57,715 bases of DNA, taken from NCBI GenBank assembly GCA_020720365.1, contig DYOU01000007.1, positions 1 to 57,715 on the forward strand. The letters are read 5' to 3'. Positions 18,867-28,866 of this stretch are shown here, piece after piece. The notes under the pieces were generated by a model. That model was not told the DNA's origin. It made no database searches and saw only the letters and a program-made list of their open reading frames with translations. This stretch comes from Candidatus Elulimicrobium sp. (GTDB taxonomy: Bacteria; Omnitrophota; Gorgyraeia; Zapsychrales; Fredricksoniimonadaceae). The translations under genes were made by a program, and so were the position numbers. Within the stretch, counting starts at the first letter, position 1; the number at the start of each line of letters is the position of its first letter.

Positions 18867-20366
18867 ATGGCTCAAAGTTATTTATCACTAGAGATCACAG
18901 CATTACGCCTCCGGTTCATGCTTGTAGATGGGGATCGCCGGGAGTGCAAGGTCCTTGCCTTCGGGGAAGTACCTTATGTGATGAATGTGAACGCGGCAGG
19001 TGAACTGACCCAGGCGATCCAGGGGATCATGGCAGGGGAAGGCATGAAGCCGAAACGGCTCTTCGTTAGTATGTGCGGCCATGAGAATTTTATTCGTCAG
19101 CTGGTTATCCCGAAAATGGCGGCGAAAGACCAGGATGATGTTATTAGAGGAGAGATCGAGATATTCCCCGGCTTTAGTCAGCGTTCATTTGATCATATTT
19201 ACCGGGTTTCTCCATTCTCCGATGAGAAAAATAATGCCGTCTTTGCGGCAGTTGAGTCAACGTTGTTGAGGTATGTTTTTACGGAATGTCAAAAAGTTGG
19301 CCTTCCTTTTGAACATTTGGAAGTGGCTCCGTTGAACCTTAAAGAGCTTGTTCCATTATTGCAGGCGGATAAAGATAATCAGGGGTTTCTGGTGATCGAC
19401 GATAATATCAGCTATCTGATGGTTGCGGGGGCGGGGACATACCGTCTCATCTATCAGGCAGGGATAGGGCTTGAGATGTTATATCCTGATCAGAAAGGGA
19501 TATTGAGTGAAAGGAATGTGTCAAGTTTGAGCGGAGAATTACAGCGGGCCCTTAAATCATATCTTTTTCAGAACCGTGAAGAAAAAGTTAGCAAAATATG
19601 GCTGGTTTGGAATCGTCAGAATGGCGCTGATCTGATTAAAGCGTTCTCAGGGCAGTTTGAAGCGCCTGTTGAAGCGCTCAGCCTTGATAAGCTTTCCATG
19701 TTTAAAGTAGAGGCAGCTGAACCGGCGGCGAACCCTATGCATTCCCTGTTAGCTGTGCCGCTCGTGATCTTCCTGAGCCGGATCAAGGCGCAGTTTCCGC
19801 TGGATCATTTTTGCCGGCAGTTAAATGTGAAAGAATACGCGATGCGACTCCTTCTGACAGCGCTTGTTGTAGTGGGACTGATCGGGGCTGTTATTTTATA
19901 TAAATCTTTCGAGTTCTATCAGAAGACCGTTGCGGTGACCTTGCAGACAGAGGGCCTTGAGAATGAGATCGCTGACCTGAATAATACGAATGCCGATCTG
20001 CGTCGGGAGCACGAGGAGTATTTACGTATCCGTGAAGGCTTGTTGACACAGGCGAATCTGGTCAAAACACTGAACCGTGTGTCCTGGTCGGAAGTCCTTT
20101 CCCTGGTGGCTGAAGAGATGCCCAAGAATATGAGGCTGACTTCCTTCAAGTTCAAAGAGTCAGGAGAAGTAGGGTTCATCGGTGAGTCGCTCGAGATCGA
20201 AACAGTGGCCGAGCTTATTCGCCGGGTCGATCGCTCTTCTATCCTGGAGAATGGGAAGTTCGATTTCTTAAGGGAGAAATCCATTGAAGACGAGAAGCTC
20301 TTTACTTTCGGTATCCTGGCCAATTTAAAGTCTAATGATGATGGTCTTAATAAAGGAAAGCCATGA
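18867..20366 (+). CDS. PilM-PilN fusion
   Basis: Actin-like PilM N-part (LSLEI, FIRQLVIPKM, LEVAP, LVIDD), one TM helix, a coiled coil, then PilN-like WSEVLSLVAEEMPKNMRLTSF. Confidence 0.8.
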   Translation: MAQSYLSLEITALRLRFMLVDGDRRECKVLAFGEVPYVMNVNAAGELTQAIQGIMAGEGMKPKRLFVSMCGHENFIRQLVIPKMAAKDQDDVIRGEIEIFPGFSQRSFDHIYRVSPFSDEKNNAVFAAVESTLLRYVFTECQKVGLPFEHLEVAPLNLKELVPLLQADKDNQGFLVIDDNISYLMVAGAGTYRLIYQAGIGLEMLYPDQKGILSERNVSSLSGELQRALKSYLFQNREEKVSKIWLVWNRQNGADLIKAFSGQFEAPVEALSLDKLSMFKVEAAEPAANPMHSLLAVPLVIFLSRIKAQFPLDHFCRQLNVKEYAMRLLLTALVVVGLIGAVILYKSFEFYQKTVAVTLQTEGLENEIADLNNTNADLRREHEEYLRIREGLLTQANLVKTLNRVSWSEVLSLVAEEMPKNMRLTSFKFKESGEVGFIGESLEIETVAELIRRVDRSSILENGKFDFLREKSIEDEKLFTFGILANLKSNDDGLNKGKP

Positions 20367-20995
20367 ATCTGACACTTATTCGCAATAGTCTGATCGCCTT
20401 GAGCGTAGTCATCCTGCTGGTACTGTGGGCTGTTATGATCTCCCAGTATAATGACTATGATAAAGCCAGTGACGGATTTGAACAGAAGAAAGCCGATCTT
20501 AATGTCAAGAAGATCGAGATCGAGACGCTTAAGAAGGCTTTGGAGAAGTTCAAGGCTGAGAAAGAGGAGTTTTCCAAACTGCTTTTCAATGAGCGGGATG
20601 TGCCGGCATTTCTTGATCAGATCTCTCAATATGCCAAAGAGGCGGAGATCAAGATCGTTGATATGAAAACACAGCAGTTCTATGAGGTGCAGGTCAATAA
20701 AGAGGTCGCGCAGGAAGCCCGCGTAGAGCGCCGGCTGGCGAACCAGATTGAAGCCCAGAAAAAGAGCGATGCGCTCCGCAGCGCTCAGACACTTTCAGCT
20801 ATGCCGATCCAGATCAGGGTGAAGGGCAGTTACGCGTCATTTGTCGGATTCCTTGATCATCTGCAGGAATATAAACAGTTGATCAATATTGCCAATGTTG
20901 AAATCAAGGCGGGGAATGAATATCCTGTGCTGGATTGTGAGTTTGTGATCAGGATATATACCTTAAAAACAACACAAGAGTTAATACGCAAATGA
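20363..20995 (+). CDS. pilO: Type IV pilus alignment protein PilO
   Basis: N-terminal TM, coiled coil, ERDVPAFLDQIS and MPIQIRVKGSYASFVGFL. Confidence 0.85.
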   Translation: MNLTLIRNSLIALSVVILLVLWAVMISQYNDYDKASDGFEQKKADLNVKKIEIETLKKALEKFKAEKEEFSKLLFNERDVPAFLDQISQYAKEAEIKIVDMKTQQFYEVQVNKEVAQEARVERRLANQIEAQKKSDALRSAQTLSAMPIQIRVKGSYASFVGFLDHLQEYKQLINIANVEIKAGNEYPVLDCEFVIRIYTLKTTQELIRK

Positions 20996-21462
20996 AAATA
21001 ATGACTTGGTTAACCATAGGGTTTGTGACACTCTCGCTGACAGGCTGTGAACAGATGCGCGACGTTCAGCGGCTGTTTAAAAAGAGTAAGGTGCCGCAGG
21101 CGGAGGCTCAAACAGCAGCTGTTATTAATCATGAGGATGAAGTGCGGCTGGCCGAGGTAGTCCTGAAGCCAAAACAGCGCAAGCTTTCGGTCAAATCAGA
21201 TCCGTTTCAGCCTTTGGCTTTGTCCGGTCTTGGCGCCGAGAACGGGCTGGGTGGTGTTGGGGCTGTTCTTTCGACGATCAAATATGTCGGGATGATGAAG
21301 ATGGGAACGGAATCCTCGGTCCTGATCCAGACAGCTAAAGGCAGTAATGTTTACAAGCTTAACGATGAAGTTGAGTATATGCGCATTAGCGAGATTAACG
21401 CTGAATTTATAACTCTCACAAAAGATGGAAAAACGTTCCAACTAAAAAGAGGTGCACCATGA
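20992..21462 (+). CDS. PilP-like lipoprotein
   Basis: Lipobox LTG-C, SDPFQP motif and IKYVGMM beta domain. Lies between pilO and the secretin. Confidence 0.75.
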   Translation: MKIMTWLTIGFVTLSLTGCEQMRDVQRLFKKSKVPQAEAQTAAVINHEDEVRLAEVVLKPKQRKLSVKSDPFQPLALSGLGAENGLGGVGAVLSTIKYVGMMKMGTESSVLIQTAKGSNVYKLNDEVEYMRISEINAEFITLTKDGKTFQLKRGAP

Positions 21463-22874
21463 GATTCAAGAACTTTATTGGTATTCTTTTCGCGGCAGTT
21501 CTGGCTTTGGGATTTTATCCTCCTGGCGAGGCAAGTGCGTTGGATGATCCCATGAAGGTGGAATCAGCCACGGTTTTGTCCAGGAATCTGACGATTGACA
21601 GGGCCATGGCAGAAGCTCGGAAGGCGGACCTTGACTCCAGGACCGCTAATCAGGTGCCGTTGAAAGAGGTTATACTGAAGCCTGCCAGCCTGACGGATTC
21701 CGAGATCATTGAAAGTCTGATGAGCTCGGATATGCAGAAGGCCAAGGTCGACTTTGAATTCGCAAAAATGACCTTGAATGATGTGTTTATGACGGTTGGA
21801 AAAGTCAGTAATCTGAATATCATGCTGGACCCGGACATTAAGGCTCTGGTCGCGGATATTCATTTAAAACAGGTCTCTTTAAAAGAAGCGATGCTTTTGA
21901 TCGGGAATGCGCACAGTTTGGCTTTTCGCCGCATTGAAGGGTCTATTTATGTAACGACGAAAGAAAAGATCAAGCAGCAGTCCACGTTTTCCCAGGTGAT
22001 CAAACTGCGGAATGTGAAGGCGGCTCAAGCGAAGTTAATGATAACTGATATTATCAAAACAGTAAACGTGAGCGAAGATATCAATAGCGTGATCGTCGTT
22101 GGCCAGCCGGATGAGATCGCCAGGGTTGAAAGTGTAATAAAAGAGATTGACTGTCCTCAGCCGCAGGTTATTCTGGAAGCAAAGATCATTGAAGTAAACA
22201 AGGATGCGCTGAAAGATTTTGGTATTGACTGGTCGAGTCAGGTTACGGTTAATTATCAGGAGACAGGTCGTCCGATAACGATAGCGGATCAGGCCGTATC
22301 CGGTGCGGAGGATGTTCTTCAGATCGGGTCTTTTGTTCGTTCACCTTTGTCATTTGCGTCTGCAATCAAGATGCTGGAAACACAGAATAAGGCGAAAGTT
22401 CTTTCGAATCCGCGGGTATCGACAATGAATGACAAGGAAGCCGAGATATTTGTCGGCGACCGTATCCCGTATACAGTTACCACGATCTCGGGTGGTGTGG
22501 CTACAACAGACGTGCGTTTTGAAGAGCCTGGTATCCGCCTGAAGATCACTCCTTCGTTCATCGATGGAGAGTTTGTGGTGATCAAGGTTGAGCCTGAGGT
22601 CAGCTTTATATTCAGCTGGCGCGGCCCGGATAATCAGTATCCCTGGATCAAGAAACGCCAGGCTACCGCGTTTGTTCGTGTGCGGAATAATGAACCCTTC
22701 GTTCTTGGCGGATTGTTGAATGAGGAAGACAAGAAGAACCTGTTCAAGGTGCCGGTACTTGGGAACATTCCGCTGCTGGGGAATTTGTTCACCCATGAGT
22801 CGCATACAGTAACGAATACAGAACTGATCATTACGATTACGCCGACGGTTGTTCAGGATAGCGCCGGCAAGTAG
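21459..22874 (+). CDS. pilQ: Secretin PilQ/GspD
   Basis: STN-like and N3 domains, QVILEAKIIEV, LSNPRVSTMNDKEAEIFVG, GIRLKITP and VPVLGNIPLLGNLF. Confidence 0.92.
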   Translation: MRFKNFIGILFAAVLALGFYPPGEASALDDPMKVESATVLSRNLTIDRAMAEARKADLDSRTANQVPLKEVILKPASLTDSEIIESLMSSDMQKAKVDFEFAKMTLNDVFMTVGKVSNLNIMLDPDIKALVADIHLKQVSLKEAMLLIGNAHSLAFRRIEGSIYVTTKEKIKQQSTFSQVIKLRNVKAAQAKLMITDIIKTVNVSEDINSVIVVGQPDEIARVESVIKEIDCPQPQVILEAKIIEVNKDALKDFGIDWSSQVTVNYQETGRPITIADQAVSGAEDVLQIGSFVRSPLSFASAIKMLETQNKAKVLSNPRVSTMNDKEAEIFVGDRIPYTVTTISGGVATTDVRFEEPGIRLKITPSFIDGEFVVIKVEPEVSFIFSWRGPDNQYPWIKKRQATAFVRVRNNEPFVLGGLLNEEDKKNLFKVPVLGNIPLLGNLFTHESHTVTNTELIITITPTVVQDSAGK

Positions 22875-22955
22875 GAGAAGAGCTAATTCGTACGGCAGAC
22901 AGGGGAGGATCCCGCTATTTTGATCTGCCCCTGATCTGCATTGAGAGGAGAGAGT

Positions 22956-25091
22956 ATGATAAACAGACTTAAGCGTCAGGGCGGGTTTACATTGATCGAG
23001 CTGATGGTCAGTTCAGTCATCGTTACTATTTTAGGTATGACATCGTGGTATGCCGCGAATACCCTGATCGTGGCGAATGATATTGTTCATAACAGTATCA
23101 CGGCTGTTAATCTTCAGCGCAAGAGCCAGGAAGAAATTCGCCGGGTGATCCGTTCGGGGAATAATTATGATATTTTAGGGACTTTGGGCATATGTGATTT
23201 TTCCGCAGTCAATATCTGCGGCTTTGAGGGGGATCTCTCAACTTCTTTCCCTGGGTTTTCCCGTACAATGACAGTTACGAATGAAGCCGGTAGTTCGGAG
23301 TTTAAACGTGTAGTGGTGACGGTGACCTGGAATGAGCTTGGGAAAATAAGGATCTCTAATACGGTAGAGTTGTTATCACGCCCGCCGCAGCCTATGCCGG
23401 GGAATTTGATCGGAAAAGTCACGGATAGTACAACGGGCAATAATCTGGGAAGTGTGGATATCACGGCTTCTTTGGTTTCAGCGCCCGGAACGTTACAGGT
23501 AGTGTCAACATTGCAGGATATTTTAGGTAAGCTGGCGAATTATACGTTTGCGAATGCGGCGGGACAGTCTCAGATGACTACAGGTAACTGGAATATTTCG
23601 GCGAAACGTAATGGGTATCAGAATTATGTTGGCCCGGCGCCGGTAGTGATCAGCGCTAATATAGAGACTCAATTTGACTTTGCCATGATCCCTGTGCCTG
23701 ACAATGCGACGATCACGGTTACTTGGCCATCTGGCGTTGGTCTGCCATATACGCCTAAAGGAACGGTTGCTCTTTACAAGAAGGGCTCTCTTCAGACGCA
23801 ATCGAACGCTAATTTTACAGGAAGCCATATTTTCACGGTTCAGTTTATAGATACCAATCCGCAGTGCTTTACTGTCGCAACAAATACGGACATCTGGAAA
23901 AACGGTTTTGTCGGAAACTTTACATGTTCTTCACCGCCGATGACCCAGGATTCGCGCGGCTGGTCCTCTGCTGTTGTTCGGGCGGATAATAGTCTGGTAT
24001 GCGGGAATCCCTGGGTTGGGAATGCGACTTCAGACAGGATCTGTGTTAATCCGGGAGATGCGATCACGGTGGCTCTTCCGGTGGTTCCGGTCGCGACAAC
24101 CAATCTGACGGGAGAGGTCAAGGATTCAAATAATCTTGCGATCGCGGGGGCCAGTCTGGTTATTCGCTGGCATGATAACGGGGAGTATCCGTGGACAGGG
24201 AAAGCCTTAGCGGTGACAACGGATTCGGCGGGGAAGTATGCCGCAACAGTTCCTGCGGAGCAGAACTTTTTTAATGATGCAAATGGTTTTTATATCAGAA
24301 CATACGCCAGTGCCTCTGTTCCGATGTTACAGTGTTGTAATATAAGCGGGACGGTGCAAGCTTCACCAGGTATGATTCGTGTTGGCCCTTTGACCGCGGG
24401 AGTGAATAAGGTACAGGATTATGTGATTGATACAACGCCTCAAACGCAAACATGTGGAGGGGCGAACGGGCTGGTGATAGACGGCAGTACTCTGAGCGGG
24501 CTGTCTGGCGCAAAAGTTGGGCTGTCAGGGTCGAAGGATACAGATGCGATCGGTAATTATCAATTCCAGTGCCCTGATTTAACTTTGATGAGTGTTCCGG
24601 CAAAGGCGTATTATCTGAATACGACCAAGGCAAATTATTATGATTTCACGACGAAAGGCAATAATTATTATACTCAGGTCGGTACGGGGAAAGTGATCGT
24701 TAATAAGGATGTTGGCAACATTATGCCTAATGTCGAGCTATGGCCAAAAGGTGTTGGGACACTGAATGTGAATGTTGTGGGGCCAGGTGGTTCTTCTCAG
24801 ATTCAGGGCGCAACGGTCAGCCTGGTTGGAACAGCTTCGCCAGCTCCGGTATTGAGTGCCCCAGCGCCGATAGTGACAGGTGCCAATGGCCTGGCGGTAT
24901 TCAATGCTCTTCTGGAAACATGGCCGCCGCCGTCTGTCGTGGGGAATGTGAAATATCAACAGACCGTGAGTGATTATACGATCACAGTGAACCATCCGTC
25001 GTATGAGACTGCGGTTGTCGGGAATGTGAAGCTTGATCGGAATCAAACACTCACACAAACGATCAACTTGATCTTGAAAGCTGGTATGTGA
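22956..25091 (+). CDS. Large modular minor pilin (PilV-like N-terminus plus several carboxypeptidase-regulatory-like beta-sandwich domains)
   Basis: QGG|FTLIE, KRVVVTVTW pilin segment, repeated G.V.D....+.G..V domains and many Cys. ATG at 22956 follows GAGAGGAG. Confidence 0.8.
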   Translation: MINRLKRQGGFTLIELMVSSVIVTILGMTSWYAANTLIVANDIVHNSITAVNLQRKSQEEIRRVIRSGNNYDILGTLGICDFSAVNICGFEGDLSTSFPGFSRTMTVTNEAGSSEFKRVVVTVTWNELGKIRISNTVELLSRPPQPMPGNLIGKVTDSTTGNNLGSVDITASLVSAPGTLQVVSTLQDILGKLANYTFANAAGQSQMTTGNWNISAKRNGYQNYVGPAPVVISANIETQFDFAMIPVPDNATITVTWPSGVGLPYTPKGTVALYKKGSLQTQSNANFTGSHIFTVQFIDTNPQCFTVATNTDIWKNGFVGNFTCSSPPMTQDSRGWSSAVVRADNSLVCGNPWVGNATSDRICVNPGDAITVALPVVPVATTNLTGEVKDSNNLAIAGASLVIRWHDNGEYPWTGKALAVTTDSAGKYAATVPAEQNFFNDANGFYIRTYASASVPMLQCCNISGTVQASPGMIRVGPLTAGVNKVQDYVIDTTPQTQTCGGANGLVIDGSTLSGLSGAKVGLSGSKDTDAIGNYQFQCPDLTLMSVPAKAYYLNTTKANYYDFTTKGNNYYTQVGTGKVIVNKDVGNIMPNVELWPKGVGTLNVNVVGPGGSSQIQGATVSLVGTASPAPVLSAPAPIVTGANGLAVFNALLETWPPPSVVGNVKYQQTVSDYTITVNHPSYETAVVGNVKLDRNQTLTQTINLILKAGM

Positions 25092-25555
25092 TGAGACGAC
25101 CGGCCTCTGGTTTTACGTTGGTGGAGTTGTTGACCGTGGTAGTGATCCTCGGGATACTGATCTCGTTCTTTTATACGACATTCTTTTCCAGTTGGGCAGA
25201 GATGGATAATTACGCGACACGCTCAAACCTGTGGCAGGATATGAACAGGGTGATGGATAAGGTGACCGTGCAGGCGCGTCAAGCCAAGGGTATTACTGTC
25301 GCGTCAGATGGCAGGTCAGTGGTGCTCGTTGATTCGTTTGGTTCTAATTTTGCTACATTTGCTTTCAATGTGGCAGGAGAGCTGACTCTGACACAGCCAG
25401 GTTCAGTGGAACTTCTGACAGATCGGGTTGATGTGGGTTTGTCATCGTTCAGCAAGAATAGTGAAGCTTTAGTGGTAAAAATGGTTTTGGCGGATATGCT
25501 AGCTATGAGGAGGGTTCAAATTGAGACAACAACAGAAGTATTCCCTCGGAATTAA
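25088..25555 (+). CDS. Minor pilin (PilW-like)
   Basis: ASG|FTLVE class III signal and C-terminal T.V.PRN motif. Confidence 0.8.
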   Translation: MMRRPASGFTLVELLTVVVILGILISFFYTTFFSSWAEMDNYATRSNLWQDMNRVMDKVTVQARQAKGITVASDGRSVVLVDSFGSNFATFAFNVAGELTLTQPGSVELLTDRVDVGLSSFSKNSEALVVKMVLADMLAMRRVQIETTTEVFPRN

Positions 25556-26744
25556 TAACAAGGGCGTTACCTTGCTGGCCAGTGTTGTAATGACGGTCTT
25601 CCTGGGCCTTATGATCGGAGTTGCTTTCCGTGGCATGAATATGGAAATGCAGGAAGGTGCCTCGAGAGAGGTTTCTCAGGAGTCGTTTAATAATGCCGAA
25701 GCCGGACTGGAATATGCGATCTTTATGCTCCGGCAGGATGAAACCTGGAGTCCTGCAGCGCCATTATCCGTTCAGGTTCTTATTGACCCGTTAGCTCCGG
25801 TCGTCCCTGCGAACATTCAGGGGACCTATACCGTCAGTGTTGCGCCTGCGCTGCCATTTAATGGTTGGCCTTCGGTGTGGGTAACCTCTCAAGGAGTTGA
25901 TCGTGATGGAAAAAATCCCAGGACTATTCTTGCCCAGGTGATCGTTCAAAGCCCTGCAAAGTTTCTGGTGTCGTCTTTGGGTGATATCACAATTCGCAGT
26001 GGTGCTAATTATGGCGGAGACTTTTTGGCGCGTGACATTGATTTTCAGGTTGATACATCCCTGGCTTTAGGTTCTTCTCAGCGTAATATCAATATTATCG
26101 GAAAAGTTTCCTATATGCGCAATTTGTTAAGTAATGTGAATCTGATGAATCCGGCATTGGGTGTTTCGATCACGGGCGGTACGCAGTCATCCCCCGGAGT
26201 TACATTTACAGGGATCGATAAAACGTATTATAAATTACTTGCGCAAACGCAAGGCAGTTACCACGGTGCCAGTAAGACCATATCCGGAAGTCTGGATTGT
26301 ACAACTCTGGGGGCAGTGAATGGAGTGGTCTTTGTAGAGGGTGATCTGCATATTTCAGGAACTTTTGCAGAGAGCCTGACGTTTATTGCAACGGGCGATA
26401 TTTATATAGATGATGATCTTCAGAGGGATGCAACAGTGATCCCTGCACCCCAGGTCGGGCTTTTGGCGGTTAATAATGTGATTATTCCCAGTACAGCTCC
26501 AGCGACCCTTGATCTGGAAGCGTTTGTTCTGGCAGATGGAGGGATTTTTACGGCTGACAAGACGGTAGCCAAGGGAACATTGAATTTTACCGGAGCGATC
26601 GCTGTGCGCGGACGCGTAGGGGGATCAGCGATTGACCTGAACGCTTTTGCGACGCGTAATTACAACTATAATGCGGCGTTCGTTAATAATACGATACCCT
26701 TTCTCTCCTCTATGGCCAATGTTGTTGGCTGGAGCGAGATTTGA
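25521..26744 (+). CDS. Minor pilin, PilX/GspK-like
   Basis: NKG|VTLLA without Glu5, S...AEAGLEYA PilX motif and C-terminal WSEI. The start codon is uncertain. Confidence 0.75.
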   Translation: MRQQQKYSLGINNKGVTLLASVVMTVFLGLMIGVAFRGMNMEMQEGASREVSQESFNNAEAGLEYAIFMLRQDETWSPAAPLSVQVLIDPLAPVVPANIQGTYTVSVAPALPFNGWPSVWVTSQGVDRDGKNPRTILAQVIVQSPAKFLVSSLGDITIRSGANYGGDFLARDIDFQVDTSLALGSSQRNINIIGKVSYMRNLLSNVNLMNPALGVSITGGTQSSPGVTFTGIDKTYYKLLAQTQGSYHGASKTISGSLDCTTLGAVNGVVFVEGDLHISGTFAESLTFIATGDIYIDDDLQRDATVIPAPQVGLLAVNNVIIPSTAPATLDLEAFVLADGGIFTADKTVAKGTLNFTGAIAVRGRVGGSAIDLNAFATRNYNYNAAFVNNTIPFLSSMANVVGWSEI

Positions 26745-26779
26745 TCGAGAATGAATGAACACATGACGTACTGTTTTTC

Positions 26780-27388
26780 ATGAATCATCCTGCCTTTACA
26801 CAATTAAGACGTCAGATCGATCAGGCGATTACTTTTCATGACCTTGATCATGCCAGGTGTTTGGCAGCAGAAGGCATAACCCTGGCCCAGGGGTTGCAAT
26901 GTCCATCGGAAGTTCTTTATTTTCAGGCACAGCAGGCGATCACTTTTGAGCGTTTTACAGAGGCCATAGATTTGTTAAGTCAGGCCCTTGTGTTGAATCC
27001 ATCAGATGGGGCGGCGTATAACGATATTGCTTTATGTATGGTTGATACAGGCCATATTGAAGGAGTCATGGAATATTTTGATCAGGGGATCGCTGTTGAG
27101 CCCGATTATGCAACTATTCATCATAATAAGGGTTGGTTTCTTAATAAGCTCGGACGGCCGACAGAGGCGATCATTTGTTTTGAGCAGGCGCTAGCATATG
27201 AACCTCAGCGTGTGGTGACGTGGGAGAATATGGGGGATGCTTATGAGGAACAAGGATATATTCAGGAGGCTTTAGCGGCGTACCGGTATGCCTTATTTTT
27301 TTTAGGGGATAGAGATCGAGAGATCGGGGCTCAACTGTGGGGAGAGATCAAAAGATTGGAATTAATGAAACTTCCGACACTATTTTAG
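26780..27388 (+). CDS. Tetratricopeptide repeat protein
   Basis: Repeated A..L.P....AY/NKG/NMG TPR patterns. Confidence 0.85.
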   Translation: MNHPAFTQLRRQIDQAITFHDLDHARCLAAEGITLAQGLQCPSEVLYFQAQQAITFERFTEAIDLLSQALVLNPSDGAAYNDIALCMVDTGHIEGVMEYFDQGIAVEPDYATIHHNKGWFLNKLGRPTEAIICFEQALAYEPQRVVTWENMGDAYEEQGYIQEALAAYRYALFFLGDRDREIGAQLWGEIKRLELMKLPTLF

Positions 27389-27488
27389 TGTCTAAGTCTT
27401 TGAGGGCTTGAGGATCACTGAAACAGGGGCGTGCCCCGTTAAAAGGATAAAAGGCAGGATAAATCAATAAGGATGGTGGTATGGTGGT

Positions 27489-27788
27489 ATGCGGGTAGGC
27501 TAGATTGTTGTATTAGCAGGGATGTGTGTTTCTTTGGTTGTTGGTGGAGCTACTTTAGCGAAAGCTCAGGATGCGGCGGCTAAGGTGAAAGAGGGAATGG
27601 CGATGTTGAAGGAAAAGACATTAGCTGTTGGGGCTCCAAAGCTGGATGCGGATTCTCTGTATTTTGGTGATGTAGAGATGAATGGGAATTTTGACATTCT
27701 TGGAAGTCAGTATGAGGCTGGTTATGAGCCGATCAAGGATTCCAGCGATGCTGTGATTGGCGTGTTTTATGCTGGTTTTAAACTGTAA
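27489..27788 (+). pseudogene. Degraded secreted Cache 3/Cache 2-type sensor protein
   Basis: ATG CGG GTA GGC TAG places an in-frame stop at 27501 in the signal peptide. LYFG..MNGNFD joins directly to ILG.QYEAGYEPIKD..VIGVFYAG, so the domain core appears to be missing. Confidence 0.6.
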
Positions 27789-27830
27789 GAATTAGAAGAA
27801 ATTATTTTGTATTGTTATGGCAGGAGGTTT

Positions 27831-28739
27831 ATGGGGCATCATAGTCATCAACATGGAATAGTATCAGGAAAAGAAAGCCGATTGATTGTATCGATTATTC
27901 TTAATTTCTGTATTACAACGATTCAGGTGGTTGGAGGGATCCTTTCAGGCAGCCTTGCGCTTCTTTCCGATGCATTGCATAATTTCAGTGATGCCGTTTC
28001 GTTGGTGGTCAGTTTTATTGCGGTGCGATTGTCCAAACGTCTTCATACGGAAACGAGTACTTTTGGTTATAAAAGAGCCGAGATCCTGGCGGCTTTATTT
28101 AATGCAACAACGTTGATCATTGTGGCTTTCTTTCTCTTTAAAGAGGCGGTTTATCGCTTCAGCACTCCATCGGGTATTGATAGCCTCTTGATGATAGCGG
28201 TGGCGGGGATGGGTTTGGTGGTGAACGTTGTTTCGGCGATCCTTCTCAAAGGAGATTCCGGTCACGACATGAATATACGCTCGGCCTATAGGCATCTTTT
28301 TTCAGATGCACTGTCTTCCGCGGCTGTTATGGCGGGAGGTCTTTGTATCTTTTTATTCAAAGTTTACTGGATTGATCCTGTGCTGACGATTGGTATCGGC
28401 CTTTATGTGCTGAAAGGCGGTTTTGATCTGATCGGGGATAGTATCCATATATTGATGCAGAATACTCCCAAAGGCCTTGATGTTAAAGATATTCAAAGAG
28501 AGATAGAGCAGGTTGACGGGGTTAAGAGTATACATCATGTTCATGTCTGGGCCGTTACCGAGAGGGACATTTATTTTGAAGCTCATGTGAATTTGAAGGA
28601 TGATATGCGTTTGAGTGAAAGCGGGGAGGTAAAATCCAGGATAGAGGAAATTTTATTTCATTCATTTATGATCGGGCATGTCACTCTTCAGTTTGAATAT
28701 GAAGGATGTCTTGAAGATGGATTGATAAAAAATCATTAA
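27831..28739 (+). CDS. Cation diffusion facilitator (CzcD/ZitB-like)
   Basis: His-rich N-terminus, SLALLSDALHNFSD, TFGYKRAEILAA, HLFSD, IHHVHVW and HVTLQFE. Confidence 0.93.
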   Translation: MGHHSHQHGIVSGKESRLIVSIILNFCITTIQVVGGILSGSLALLSDALHNFSDAVSLVVSFIAVRLSKRLHTETSTFGYKRAEILAALFNATTLIIVAFFLFKEAVYRFSTPSGIDSLLMIAVAGMGLVVNVVSAILLKGDSGHDMNIRSAYRHLFSDALSSAAVMAGGLCIFLFKVYWIDPVLTIGIGLYVLKGGFDLIGDSIHILMQNTPKGLDVKDIQREIEQVDGVKSIHHVHVWAVTERDIYFEAHVNLKDDMRLSESGEVKSRIEEILFHSFMIGHVTLQFEYEGCLEDGLIKNH

Positions 28740-28866
28740 GTAAGAATTGTTAAAAAGTTCACAGGGATCTAGCGGTGTGATTAAAATTTATTAATTTACA
28801 GTTCTTCTCTGTTAGCATAAACTATAAGCTTCAGGAAATAATTATAATGTATATCAGAGGATCATT

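Noticed and set aside
19919-20629. 236-aa minus-strand ORF
   Set aside because: It is an antisense shadow of pilN/pilO with no motifs.
27389-27445. GTCTAAG hairpin resembling part of a GEMM riboswitch, plus a GGGGC/GCCCC hairpin
   Set aside because: There is no GGCAAAC/GACGCAAAG core, so it is too fragmentary to call.
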